In this document: positions 18,727-27,190 of the stretch, in pieces
How positions within the stretch are numbered: position 1 is the first letter of the stretch
Layout: every line of letters begins with the position of its first letter
Origin: Candidatus Heimdallarchaeota archaeon
Lineage (GTDB): Archaea; Asgardarchaeota; Heimdallarchaeia; Heimdallarchaeales; Heimdallarchaeaceae
Assembly: GCA_021399345.1 (NCBI GenBank)
Contig: JAAFKI010000010.1
Coordinates: forward strand, 19,696-83,695
Reading direction: 5' to 3'
Length of the DNA stretch: 64,000 nucleotides
Made by a program: the position numbers and the translations under genes
Notes under the pieces: model-generated
Seen by the model: the letters and a program-made list of their open reading frames with translations, nothing else
What the model was told of the DNA's origin: nothing
The model's database searches: none

Positions 18727-19746
18727 ATGGTAGACATGAAACAAGATGATTCTAATGAAACAAGCTCCCTTGATGTAACAAAGAAGAATCGTTTTGTAAA
18801 GACTCAAAATTTCTTTTCAAAAATTAATGAAAAAATAACTCCTGCTTTACCTTATCTGAAAAATAGATACCTGAGATATTCTGTTTCTTTCGTCCTTCTA
18901 GGACTTGTAGTTTATCTTTACATTCTTTTTGAAACATTTCGTGAAGAAGAGAAAGCAAAGTTTCTATCCATCCCAATTCCTACGGCTGCTCTTGTTCCTA
19001 TGGGTTTAGTGTTTGCTCTTATCATGGTTCTATATGTTTCGTGGGATGATCCTTTTTTCAAGAAATACAGAACCCCTGGTTTGTATATGGTTATCTTAAC
19101 AACTGTTTTTTATGCATTAATTTTTTCAGGTATAGATACCTTTCTTTTTGATTTAGGAATAGCTAGATGGCTAACAAAACTAACTGGAACTATAGTGTCT
19201 TCTTTATTGATTGCTTTTGGTATGAATATTAGTGATGTTACTTGGTTAACAACGAGTTATATGACTAAAATTGATTTTATGACAGCTCCTAGTGGAGAAG
19301 CCGCAATACTCATTGATGCTAGGTGTAGTGGTATTCATTCCCTTACAATCTTTACAGCCATATTCCTAATCATGTTATTTGAAGCAAGAAAAAGACTACG
19401 TTGGAATTATAGAACAGGACTTGTTACATTAATTGGAATTTTTGGAACCTACTTCATCAATATTTTACGAATTATCATAGTAATTTCATTATACTACTTC
19501 TATGGAAGAGAGGTTGGAGAACCAGTACATAATTACCTCGGCTACATTATGCTTATTTTATGGATACCTGTTTTCTGGTTATTTATACTTCCTTTGAGTG
19601 AGAAAAAGGAGATTAGAGAACAAAGAAAACAAAAACGATTAGAAAGAAAAAAGAAGAAAAAAAAGAAAAATCGCAAAATAAGAACAGAAAACGTAGAAGA
19701 AAAGACCTCTGAAAGCGATATTGATGACTCTAGTTCTTCTTTATAG
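18727..19746 (+). CDS. archaeosortase/exosortase-family transpeptidase
   Basis: Polytopic membrane protein with DARCSGIHS (catalytic Cys motif), NILRI (conserved Arg) and a later VHNYLG His. Lys-rich then acidic/Ser tail. ATG at 18727 follows GGTGGA; the track start is TTG at 18715. Confidence 0.7.
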   Translation: MVDMKQDDSNETSSLDVTKKNRFVKTQNFFSKINEKITPALPYLKNRYLRYSVSFVLLGLVVYLYILFETFREEEKAKFLSIPIPTAALVPMGLVFALIMVLYVSWDDPFFKKYRTPGLYMVILTTVFYALIFSGIDTFLFDLGIARWLTKLTGTIVSSLLIAFGMNISDVTWLTTSYMTKIDFMTAPSGEAAILIDARCSGIHSLTIFTAIFLIMLFEARKRLRWNYRTGLVTLIGIFGTYFINILRIIIVISLYYFYGREVGEPVHNYLGYIMLILWIPVFWLFILPLSEKKEIREQRKQKRLERKKKKKKKNRKIRTENVEEKTSESDIDDSSSSL

Positions 19747-20886
19747 ATTTTCAAAAACCATTTTTGTTTTTTCTGCAGTATTTTGCCATGAAAGCTGTTT
19801 TACTACTTCCTTAGACTTTTTCTGAATTTCCTCAATCATCTTTGGATTGTTATGGATTTCAATTGCTTTTGCAGCAAAATGGTCAACAGATCTAGGTGTG
19901 ATTATCAAAGTATTCTTGTGGTCGAAAGTATCTGCTTCAGGAGTTGTTAATACAGGTGTTTGACATGCAAGAGCTTCAAGTAAGACTAAGCTCATCCCCT
20001 CATGACTAGATGGTAGTAAAAATAGATCTACAGAACTGAAAAAAGTATTCTTTCTATAATTGTCGTATATGTATCCGTAATCTATAATATTCTCTTTTAA
20101 CCCCAGCTTATTAATCTGGTTTAATATTTTCTTTCTTGAATTCAAATCATCTCCTGCAATGAGCAATTTGACTTCAGGTATTTTTTCTTTAATTTTCTTA
20201 ATTATTGGCAGAATTAAATGAGCTCCTTTTCCTGCTGTCATTCTTCCAAGGAACCCTAAAACCAATTCATTTTCCTTCTTATTGTAGATCTTTTCGTCTG
20301 TTTTGTAATGAATTCTTGAATCTACACCATTTGGGATGATAGTTATTTTTTCTTCTTCAATAGAGTAACATTTAACTAATTCCTCTTTAATGGCTTCACT
20401 AACTGCTATTAAATGACTGGCTCTTTTTAGAATTCTTTTTTCCACGAATTTCAATAATGGAAATAGAAGACGAACCCTTCGTTCAACCCAACTTAATTGT
20501 TTGAAAGGTAATTTGTCAACTCCTCGTTTTTCCCTGCTAAAAGTGGTATGAACGGTTTCAACAATGGGATATTTGTTTTTAATTCCTAATGACGATAGTA
20601 GATTCATATTTCCTTGAACTACATCGGGATTTAGTTTCTTAACAATTTCTTTTGACCTCTTCCAGTAGTTTCTAGAATAGAAATATCTTGAGGAAGAGGT
20701 TTCAATTAAGGATAAAAATGGTACTTCTATTTTTCCATTAGCTGATTCACAATCCTTAGTTGCTGAGATAATATGTGCTTCCCAATCTCCTTCTTCGTTT
20801 AAGATCTTGGCCAATTGGAAACAATAAATCCAAGTTGCTCCCCTTCTGTATTCTTGAGTTAGAAAGCATACTTTTTTCTTATTCAT
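19741..20886 (-). CDS. GT4-family (GT-B) glycosyltransferase
   Basis: C-terminal LLPSSHEGMSLVLLEALACQTPVL (E-x7-E region). 381 aa. Confidence 0.85.
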   Translation of the reverse strand: MNKKKVCFLTQEYRRGATWIYCFQLAKILNEEGDWEAHIISATKDCESANGKIEVPFLSLIETSSSRYFYSRNYWKRSKEIVKKLNPDVVQGNMNLLSSLGIKNKYPIVETVHTTFSREKRGVDKLPFKQLSWVERRVRLLFPLLKFVEKRILKRASHLIAVSEAIKEELVKCYSIEEEKITIIPNGVDSRIHYKTDEKIYNKKENELVLGFLGRMTAGKGAHLILPIIKKIKEKIPEVKLLIAGDDLNSRKKILNQINKLGLKENIIDYGYIYDNYRKNTFFSSVDLFLLPSSHEGMSLVLLEALACQTPVLTTPEADTFDHKNTLIITPRSVDHFAAKAIEIHNNPKMIEEIQKKSKEVVKQLSWQNTAEKTKMVFENL

Positions 20887-20890
20887 TATA

Positions 20891-21775
20891 TTACACCTGA
20901 ATTAATTCTTCAAAGCGAATAGCTAAAGTTTTCTTAACAACATCTTTGTAGTTTTTGTGAGTAACCGGTTTCATATCAAGCTTAATTACTAGTTTAAAGA
21001 GGTCTTCCAACAGTTTTCGCAGTTTAAAAGGCTCATAAATTGCATGAAGATAAAAACAAACATAGTCAGTGCTTTGATCTGTATATTGTTTGAAATTTTT
21101 TCTATATATTTTCTTTATTTCTTCGATACTTTTTCCCTTTTGTAACAACTCTTCAAAAGTTGGCTCAGTAACAGGAAGTTGGAGAATCTGTTGTGACTTC
21201 TTTTCTGTAGTTTCAAATTGTAATTGGAACGGTTCTGAATACTTATAGTCAGCTAAGAATTCTACTCCCTTTTCTTTCATGATTTGAAAATAGAATTTGT
21301 TTGTCTGGAAGTTTGGAGCCGCATTTGTTATAGGTACAGAATTGAATATTTGATTGTATTCTATGAAAATCTTCTCTATAAATTTTGATGTCTTTTCAAA
21401 AGAAAATCTCCTAAAGTTCGAAGACCATTCGACATGATTGTAACCATGAGGATGAATTTCAAATAATTCCTTATCATTATAGTTTTTCAAAAGTGTTTTT
21501 GCCGATTCTCTTATTCTTGCAGGTGGTAGAAGGACTCCGCGAAATAGGCTTTGTATGCTGTTTCTTCTCCATGGAGATATTGTAGAAAAAATCTTTTCCT
21601 TATGCCTTATTTTCCTGAAGATATTTCTCCCAGTAGCATATTTGCCTAAACTTAGGTAAATGGTTGTAGGAATACCTAATTTCTCGACTATGTTGTAAAT
21701 TTGAGGAATGCCTTTTTTCAAACCTTCAAATGTATCAACATCTACTCTTAGACAAAAGTGGGTTTCAGTATTCAT
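20891..21775 (-). CDS. ArnD-like carbohydrate esterase 4 (polyprenyl-phospho-aminosugar deformylase/deacetylase-like)
   Basis: LRVDVDTFEGLKKGIP, HPHGYNHVEW and LPVTEPTFEELL line up, from memory, with E. coli ArnD LRIDVDTFRGTREGVP, HAWDHHAW and IPVTLPTWDEVI. Confidence 0.65.
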   Translation of the reverse strand: MNTETHFCLRVDVDTFEGLKKGIPQIYNIVEKLGIPTTIYLSLGKYATGRNIFRKIRHKEKIFSTISPWRRNSIQSLFRGVLLPPARIRESAKTLLKNYNDKELFEIHPHGYNHVEWSSNFRRFSFEKTSKFIEKIFIEYNQIFNSVPITNAAPNFQTNKFYFQIMKEKGVEFLADYKYSEPFQLQFETTEKKSQQILQLPVTEPTFEELLQKGKSIEEIKKIYRKNFKQYTDQSTDYVCFYLHAIYEPFKLRKLLEDLFKLVIKLDMKPVTHKNYKDVVKKTLAIRFEELIQV

Positions 21776-21808
21776 TTTGTCACTTAACTCTTGTTTTTCT
21801 TTGTAATA

Positions 21809-23020
21809 TCAGCTTTCTATCGCACTATAATATACTTGTTCAATCTCTTTAGCTTTCTTCTCCCAAGTATAATTTTCAAGAACCTCTTCATACCCCAGCT
21901 TTCCTAACTCTTTTCTTCTTTTCTCAGATTCTAAAAGACTATTAATTCCATCAGCCAATCCAGATGGGTTCATTGAAGGAACAAGGACACAGTTTTCTCC
22001 AAATTTTGTTATTTCTCTAATTCCTGGAATATCCGATGCAACAACGGGTTTCTTCATCGCCATAGCTTCTAAGACACTAATGCTAGAAGCTTCAACTATA
22101 CTTGGAACAGCAACAATATCTGCCTTTGATAGGTATGAAGGTATTTCATCATTAGGGACCATTCCTATCAAACGGGTATTTTTATGCAATTTTAGTTTGT
22201 TAATCTCATTTTGAATTTTTTCTCTTTCAGGACCATCACCAATTATGAAAAGAATGGCATCAGGGTATTTTTCTACAACCTTTTGAAAACTTTGAACTAA
22301 ACATATTACTCCATTCTTAGCAACTAATCTTCTAGACGTCATTATAATGGGTCCTGTTTCCTTAAAAATAGAGGGATTTGGTTTTACGTCAGGTGAAAAT
22401 TTACCAATATCTACACCGTTGAGAATGGTTATTATTCGTTTTTTATACTTAGGCTTCACCCAATCTTTTACAGTTTCTGCAAAATCATAATCAGTATGTA
22501 TTTGAACTTCACTTCTTTTTACAAGAAAAGGAGCAAGAAAACGTTCCATCTTTCTGTAAAAACCAGCTTTAAATTTATTTGGTAATATTTGATTCCAATA
22601 TTTGTAATATGATCCATGAATTGTATTGATTATTTTAGCTTTGTTTCTCTTTCCAATAATTCTTGCAGCAATACCTGCTGAATATATGTGTCCATGACAA
22701 ATATCGAAAGATTGCTCTCTTCCTTTTTTTGAACGGAAAAATAATGATTTTGTAAGAAAAGAAAACTGTCTTGAGAAATTCAACTGTTGAGGATTATAAG
22801 AGCGTTTTATTATCCCCCCGAAATCGATTCTCTTGATATTCACTCCTTCAATTAGTGCTTCTTTTTTTGAGTTGGGTATGGCCCCAGTAATATAAGTGAC
22901 TTCATGCCCTCGTTTAACTAGTTCCTTTGCTAAATTTATAGCGTGAAGTTCAACTCCTCCACCAATACTTCCTTCATCGTTAGGACCTAACTCAAAGATC
23001 ATTGCTATTTTCAATGGCAT
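21809..23020 (-). CDS. GT4-family glycosyltransferase
   Basis: MPLKIAMIFE... start and EASSISVLEAMAMKKPVVASD E-x7-E region. ATG at 23020 (GTGAT 5 nt upstream) is preferred to the TTG at 23047. Confidence 0.85.
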   Translation of the reverse strand: MPLKIAMIFELGPNDEGSIGGGVELHAINLAKELVKRGHEVTYITGAIPNSKKEALIEGVNIKRIDFGGIIKRSYNPQQLNFSRQFSFLTKSLFFRSKKGREQSFDICHGHIYSAGIAARIIGKRNKAKIINTIHGSYYKYWNQILPNKFKAGFYRKMERFLAPFLVKRSEVQIHTDYDFAETVKDWVKPKYKKRIITILNGVDIGKFSPDVKPNPSIFKETGPIIMTSRRLVAKNGVICLVQSFQKVVEKYPDAILFIIGDGPEREKIQNEINKLKLHKNTRLIGMVPNDEIPSYLSKADIVAVPSIVEASSISVLEAMAMKKPVVASDIPGIREITKFGENCVLVPSMNPSGLADGINSLLESEKRRKELGKLGYEEVLENYTWEKKAKEIEQVYYSAIES

Positions 23021-23021
23021 T

Positions 23022-24011
23022 CTAATCACGCTTCTTTTTTGATGCAAAAATCTCTTGTAGAATCCCTAAACTCCAGAAAATATGACCTTCTATAAACATT
23101 AGAGGTAGCATAAAAAGGAATTGCCAATGCCTGTATTTTATCGTTTGAACAATTGAGACGATTTGAATCGCGATTATGTACAAACCAAAATACACCGCTA
23201 TTCCTACTCCCATCCATAGATTAACAAAAAGTACTATTGGTAGAAATAAACCTGTAAGAAAATACAGTACTGGTAATAGGTGCCATAACTCTAATCCCTC
23301 TTTATGTGTTCTGAAAAATTGTATTTTTCCTATAGCATATTTTTTTGACTTATTTCGAAATGCTTTGTGTTTCTGAGGTCTTTGGTGGTAAATTATTGCA
23401 CTAGGTGTAAAAAAGAGTTTTTTCCCTTTCTGAATTAATCTATAATTGATATCTGTATCTTCAGCTGTAAGCAGGGATTCATTAAATGGTAAAACCTCCT
23501 CTAGAGCTTCTCTTCTATAAGCTGCATTGCATCCTGCAGCGCTTTGAACAAACCGCTCTTTTTTGTTAAATATACTCTTAACTTGTTCTGACCATCTTCC
23601 TCCAAAAATAGTGTCGTAAATAGCACTAACCGCTTTCCCAAAAAGACTCTCATCTGGATATTCTAAATGAGGGCCTGCCACACATGCGACTTCACGGTCC
23701 ATTTTGTTAAAAGTTTCAATTAAATTTTTCAACCATTCTTTATCTGCTACTATATCTGAATCTGTAAAAACAATTATATCGCCTTGAGCTATTTTTAATG
23801 CCTCATTACAAGCAGCAGCTCTTGTTCCCCTATCCTCGTAAATTATCTTGCAATCATATTCCTTGGCAATATTAATAGAATCATCAGTTGAATGGCCATC
23901 AGCAATTATAATTTCATTGGGAGCTAAACTTTGTTTTTTTATTGATTCAAGACATGCTCTCAAGGTTGAATCATTGTTGTATGTTGGAATGATTAAAGAA
24001 ATACTGCTCAT
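23022..24011 (-). CDS. GT2-family glycosyltransferase with C-terminal TM helices (polyprenyl-phosphate sugar synthase-like architecture)
   Basis: SLIIPTYN, ADGHSTDDS and FTDSDI (DxD) motifs, then about 3 TM helices in the last 90 aa. Confidence 0.8.
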   Translation of the reverse strand: MSSISLIIPTYNNDSTLRACLESIKKQSLAPNEIIIADGHSTDDSINIAKEYDCKIIYEDRGTRAAACNEALKIAQGDIIVFTDSDIVADKEWLKNLIETFNKMDREVACVAGPHLEYPDESLFGKAVSAIYDTIFGGRWSEQVKSIFNKKERFVQSAAGCNAAYRREALEEVLPFNESLLTAEDTDINYRLIQKGKKLFFTPSAIIYHQRPQKHKAFRNKSKKYAIGKIQFFRTHKEGLELWHLLPVLYFLTGLFLPIVLFVNLWMGVGIAVYFGLYIIAIQIVSIVQTIKYRHWQFLFMLPLMFIEGHIFWSLGILQEIFASKKKRD

Positions 24012-24013
24012 TA

Positions 24014-24535
24014 TTATTCTCCACTCCTTTTAATCTTTAAACGTTCTTCATATAAGAAATGTTTTTTCTTGTACCCTTGTGATGCATACATGGCGTTTTG
24101 ATATTCAAATAACTGATCTGGATTCTCTGAGAGTATGATTTCAATTTTTGTTTTTGCTTCTTCTTTCAAAACATCTAAACTTTTTGCATCTGTTAAAGGA
24201 CAATACCAGACAAGCCAACGAAGACTGTATTCACTTTCATTGATTTTGTTTATTTTAAAAAAGAGGGGAAACAGTTCACAATCTAAAGGTCTGCTACTGT
24301 AAATGTCACACAAACCTTCTTCAGAAAGAAAATAACAATTGTTGCTATCTTCCCTTTTTGCAATTACTATAGTTGTATTTTCTCCCTGGTCAATATTGTT
24401 GAACCAATTTTTATTCTCTTGTAATTTGTTAATTCTTTCGAAATCACTGTTTGTTAAAGCTGGAGGTGTGCTTTTACAACACTTACTTTTACACTGTTTT
24501 GAGCAGATTTCAATTGGTTCCATTTCTCTAAGCAT
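24014..24535 (-). CDS. YkgJ/UPF0153-family cysteine-cluster protein
   Basis: N-terminal CSKQCKSKCC cluster plus a later CxxxxxxxPxxC. The start is ambiguous (TTG 24544, ATG 24535, ATG 24523). Confidence 0.6.
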   Translation of the reverse strand: MLREMEPIEICSKQCKSKCCKSTPPALTNSDFERINKLQENKNWFNNIDQGENTTIVIAKREDSNNCYFLSEEGLCDIYSSRPLDCELFPLFFKINKINESEYSLRWLVWYCPLTDAKSLDVLKEEAKTKIEIILSENPDQLFEYQNAMYASQGYKKKHFLYEERLKIKRSGE

Positions 24536-24559
24536 CCTTAGCAATTTTTTTGAATGATT

Positions 24560-25831
24560 CTAACTCAAATAAAATGAATCATTAATCATCTGATTCATAT
24601 CATCAGCTGGTTTAATCAATTCTGTTAATCCCTTGTTAGTAAGTTGATAAATAGCTGGTCTTGGATAGCCAAACTGTTCACTCATTGAAATTGTATATGC
24701 TCCACAATTGAGAACAACTAGTAAATCTCCTTCCTCAATCTCGAAATTGACTGCCTCATCACTCAGTATATCTACTGGGAGACATAATGGACCACCTATG
24801 TTTGTATATTGTCCTTTTCCCCTGAAATTTGCAGGAACAACACTATAGTGCGAATATCGCATTGGAATTAGTGTATTTGCACCAACATCAATAAAAGCCC
24901 ATTTTCTGCCCCACGATTTCTTTGTTCTTAACACCTTAGTAATTGCTACAAAACTATCCTCAATTAGGTATCTTCCTGGTTCAATGATTATTTTTTTGTT
25001 TTCAATATTGTCCATTTTTGTAGAAACTTGTTCACCTAGTTTTTCTAATTGAAACCCCTCTTTATCTAGAGTTGATTTGCTTGCTAATCCTCCCCCCAAA
25101 TTTATTTCGGAGAGTGAAATAGCCAGTTTATCCTCCAAATCAGCAACATACTCATTAAGAAACCCAAGTAACTCATCATAAAACTCATGTGACGTTAGGT
25201 TTGTTCCAACATGAGTATGAACTCCCACTGGATCCAAATGAGGGCTTTTCTTGGCATATTCAAATAGTTTTACTCCTCGAGAATAGTCAATTCCTAATTT
25301 GCTGTTTTTCTTTATCAACAGCTTTCTTTCAGTAGTTTCTTTCAATTTTGGATGTATTCTAACCGTGATTTTTTGAACTAACTCTAGTTTTTCCGCTATT
25401 TTTTCTACTTGTTTTATTTCGTTAAGAGATTCAACATTAAGATGATTTATTTTATTTGCAATAGCATAATTCAATTCATCTAAAGTTTTTGCTGGACCAT
25501 TAAGAACAATTTTGTTAAAGGGTACTCCTGCTTTTTCTGCCAATTTCAATTCAAAAAGTGACATAGCTTCAATACCTAGATCAAGTTTGTGTGATTCTTG
25601 TAATATTCTGCCTAGATAGTTAGCTTTTGCGGCATATGAAATGAATAAATCAGGAATATGCTTTCCTAACTTACTCTTTATTTCCAACACATTTTCTTTA
25701 AATCTTTGAAGGAGAAACAAGAAGAAAGGTGATGTCTTATTTTCTGCTAATGATTCTATGTCCTTCTGTTGAATCTGTAATTTGTTGTTTTCATAGCAAA
25801 GATAGGGGTAGTTCTCTATTATGTTTAACAT
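24560..25831 (-). CDS. fold-type III PLP-dependent decarboxylase (Orn/DAP/Arg decarboxylase family)
   Basis: SYAAKAN (PLP-Lys), HTHVGT, GGGL, EPGRYL, GPLCLPVD and CGAYT motifs. Confidence 0.85.
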   Translation of the reverse strand: MLNIIENYPYLCYENNKLQIQQKDIESLAENKTSPFFLFLLQRFKENVLEIKSKLGKHIPDLFISYAAKANYLGRILQESHKLDLGIEAMSLFELKLAEKAGVPFNKIVLNGPAKTLDELNYAIANKINHLNVESLNEIKQVEKIAEKLELVQKITVRIHPKLKETTERKLLIKKNSKLGIDYSRGVKLFEYAKKSPHLDPVGVHTHVGTNLTSHEFYDELLGFLNEYVADLEDKLAISLSEINLGGGLASKSTLDKEGFQLEKLGEQVSTKMDNIENKKIIIEPGRYLIEDSFVAITKVLRTKKSWGRKWAFIDVGANTLIPMRYSHYSVVPANFRGKGQYTNIGGPLCLPVDILSDEAVNFEIEEGDLLVVLNCGAYTISMSEQFGYPRPAIYQLTNKGLTELIKPADDMNQMINDSFYLS

Positions 25832-25952
25832 ATTGCTCTTGCGCTTACTATAATATTCTCTTTAATTAATATTATCGCTTGGGAATATTATGTTTAAATT
25901 CCAAATATGTCATTAGCCAGCATATTTTTGAATATCCTAAAGATTCTGATTT

Positions 25953-27113
25953 ATGGATAGAGATTCTATCTTCACCACCCTTTCTCAACTTGAAAACAAT
26001 GTTAGATTACAAGAGGGAATACATGGTATAATTAAATTTTTGGCTGTTATTGATAGATATCCTAACTACTCTATGATAAATTTGTCAAAAGAAGCTGGTT
26101 TTCCTATTCCAATATGTGTGGCCATTAGAAATGAACTTACAAAAATTGGTTGGTGTTCAAAAGAAAGTGGTGGTACTGAAATCACTGAATTAGGTTCTGA
26201 AGTTTTATCAGAACTAGGAAAATTCAATGAATCTTTCTCTTGTATTGATTGTAATGGTAGTGGGCTAAAGCTTCCCCTTGAAAATTACAAAGATTCCTTG
26301 ATACAAATTAGAAAATTTACAGATATGCGTGGTTCTCCAAATACTGTAATTGACCAATCGTTTGCTACAACAGAAACAAGTCTAGTTCGAGTTCTTACGA
26401 TGGGTGACAACTATGATCTTTTCCATGAGAATTATGCGCTTGTAGGTGACAGTGACTTAACCTGTATTCCTTTAGCACTGTTTTCTAATTCTAAATCTAG
26501 AATAGTTGTTTTCGACATAGATACAAGAATTCGAGATATAATTGATTGTGCGAATAAAGAACTTATACTAAATATTGAGTTTGTGGAACATGACTTAAGA
26601 AAGAATATTCCTGAGGAATATAAGAACCAGTTTGATTGCTTTGTAACTGATCCACCTTATACAATTAATGGTCTCAATCTGTTTATCTCTCGAGGTATAC
26701 AGCTAATAAATGATACTCAAGGTGGAAGTGGCTATCTTTCATTTGGAAGTAAACCACCTCAAGATCAACTTCAAATTCAGAAGAACTTGTCTAAAATGGG
26801 TTGTTTGTTTACCCATATTCTACCAAGATTTAATGAATATGTGGGCGCACAAAAACTGGGTGGGGTTTCAACTTTTTATCGATTGCAAATCTTATCTGAT
26901 GCTAAACCTCTCATAAGTACAGATTATGAAGGGATTCTTTATACTGGTGAAAGAAATCCAACAATAAGAGTTTATCAGTGTAAGAACTGTAAAAAAGAGA
27001 TTGAAGTTGGTCAAGGTAACAATTTTGTAACCATCGAACAGCTAAAAGAGGTTGGTTGTCCGAAATGCAATTCCCATATCTTTCATAAAAAAGGAGAAAG
27101 AAAGACAAAATGA
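25953..27113 (+). CDS. DUF43/BpsA-like aminopropyltransferase (branched-chain polyamine synthase family) with C-terminal zinc ribbon
   Basis: VGDSDLTCIPLA, FDIDTRI, HDLRKNIP and FDCFVTDPPYT match the remembered DUF43/BpsA motifs GDDDLxS, DIDxR and TDPPxT. C-terminal CKNC...CPKC. Confidence 0.65.
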   Translation: MDRDSIFTTLSQLENNVRLQEGIHGIIKFLAVIDRYPNYSMINLSKEAGFPIPICVAIRNELTKIGWCSKESGGTEITELGSEVLSELGKFNESFSCIDCNGSGLKLPLENYKDSLIQIRKFTDMRGSPNTVIDQSFATTETSLVRVLTMGDNYDLFHENYALVGDSDLTCIPLALFSNSKSRIVVFDIDTRIRDIIDCANKELILNIEFVEHDLRKNIPEEYKNQFDCFVTDPPYTINGLNLFISRGIQLINDTQGGSGYLSFGSKPPQDQLQIQKNLSKMGCLFTHILPRFNEYVGAQKLGGVSTFYRLQILSDAKPLISTDYEGILYTGERNPTIRVYQCKNCKKEIEVGQGNNFVTIEQLKEVGCPKCNSHIFHKKGERKTK

Positions 27114-27190
27114 TTTTAAACTGAACGTGGGATTATAGAACTAGATGCAGCAATAAATCTTTATTTAGAACAATACAGTTAGGTGTAAAC

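Noticed and set aside
19630-19680. Long A-rich tract as a possible noncoding repeat or slippery homopolymer
   Set aside because: It sits in frame inside the archaeosortase ORF and encodes the poly-Lys tail. The A runs are interrupted by G residues, so it is not a pure homopolymer. It is noted under the archaeosortase finding instead.
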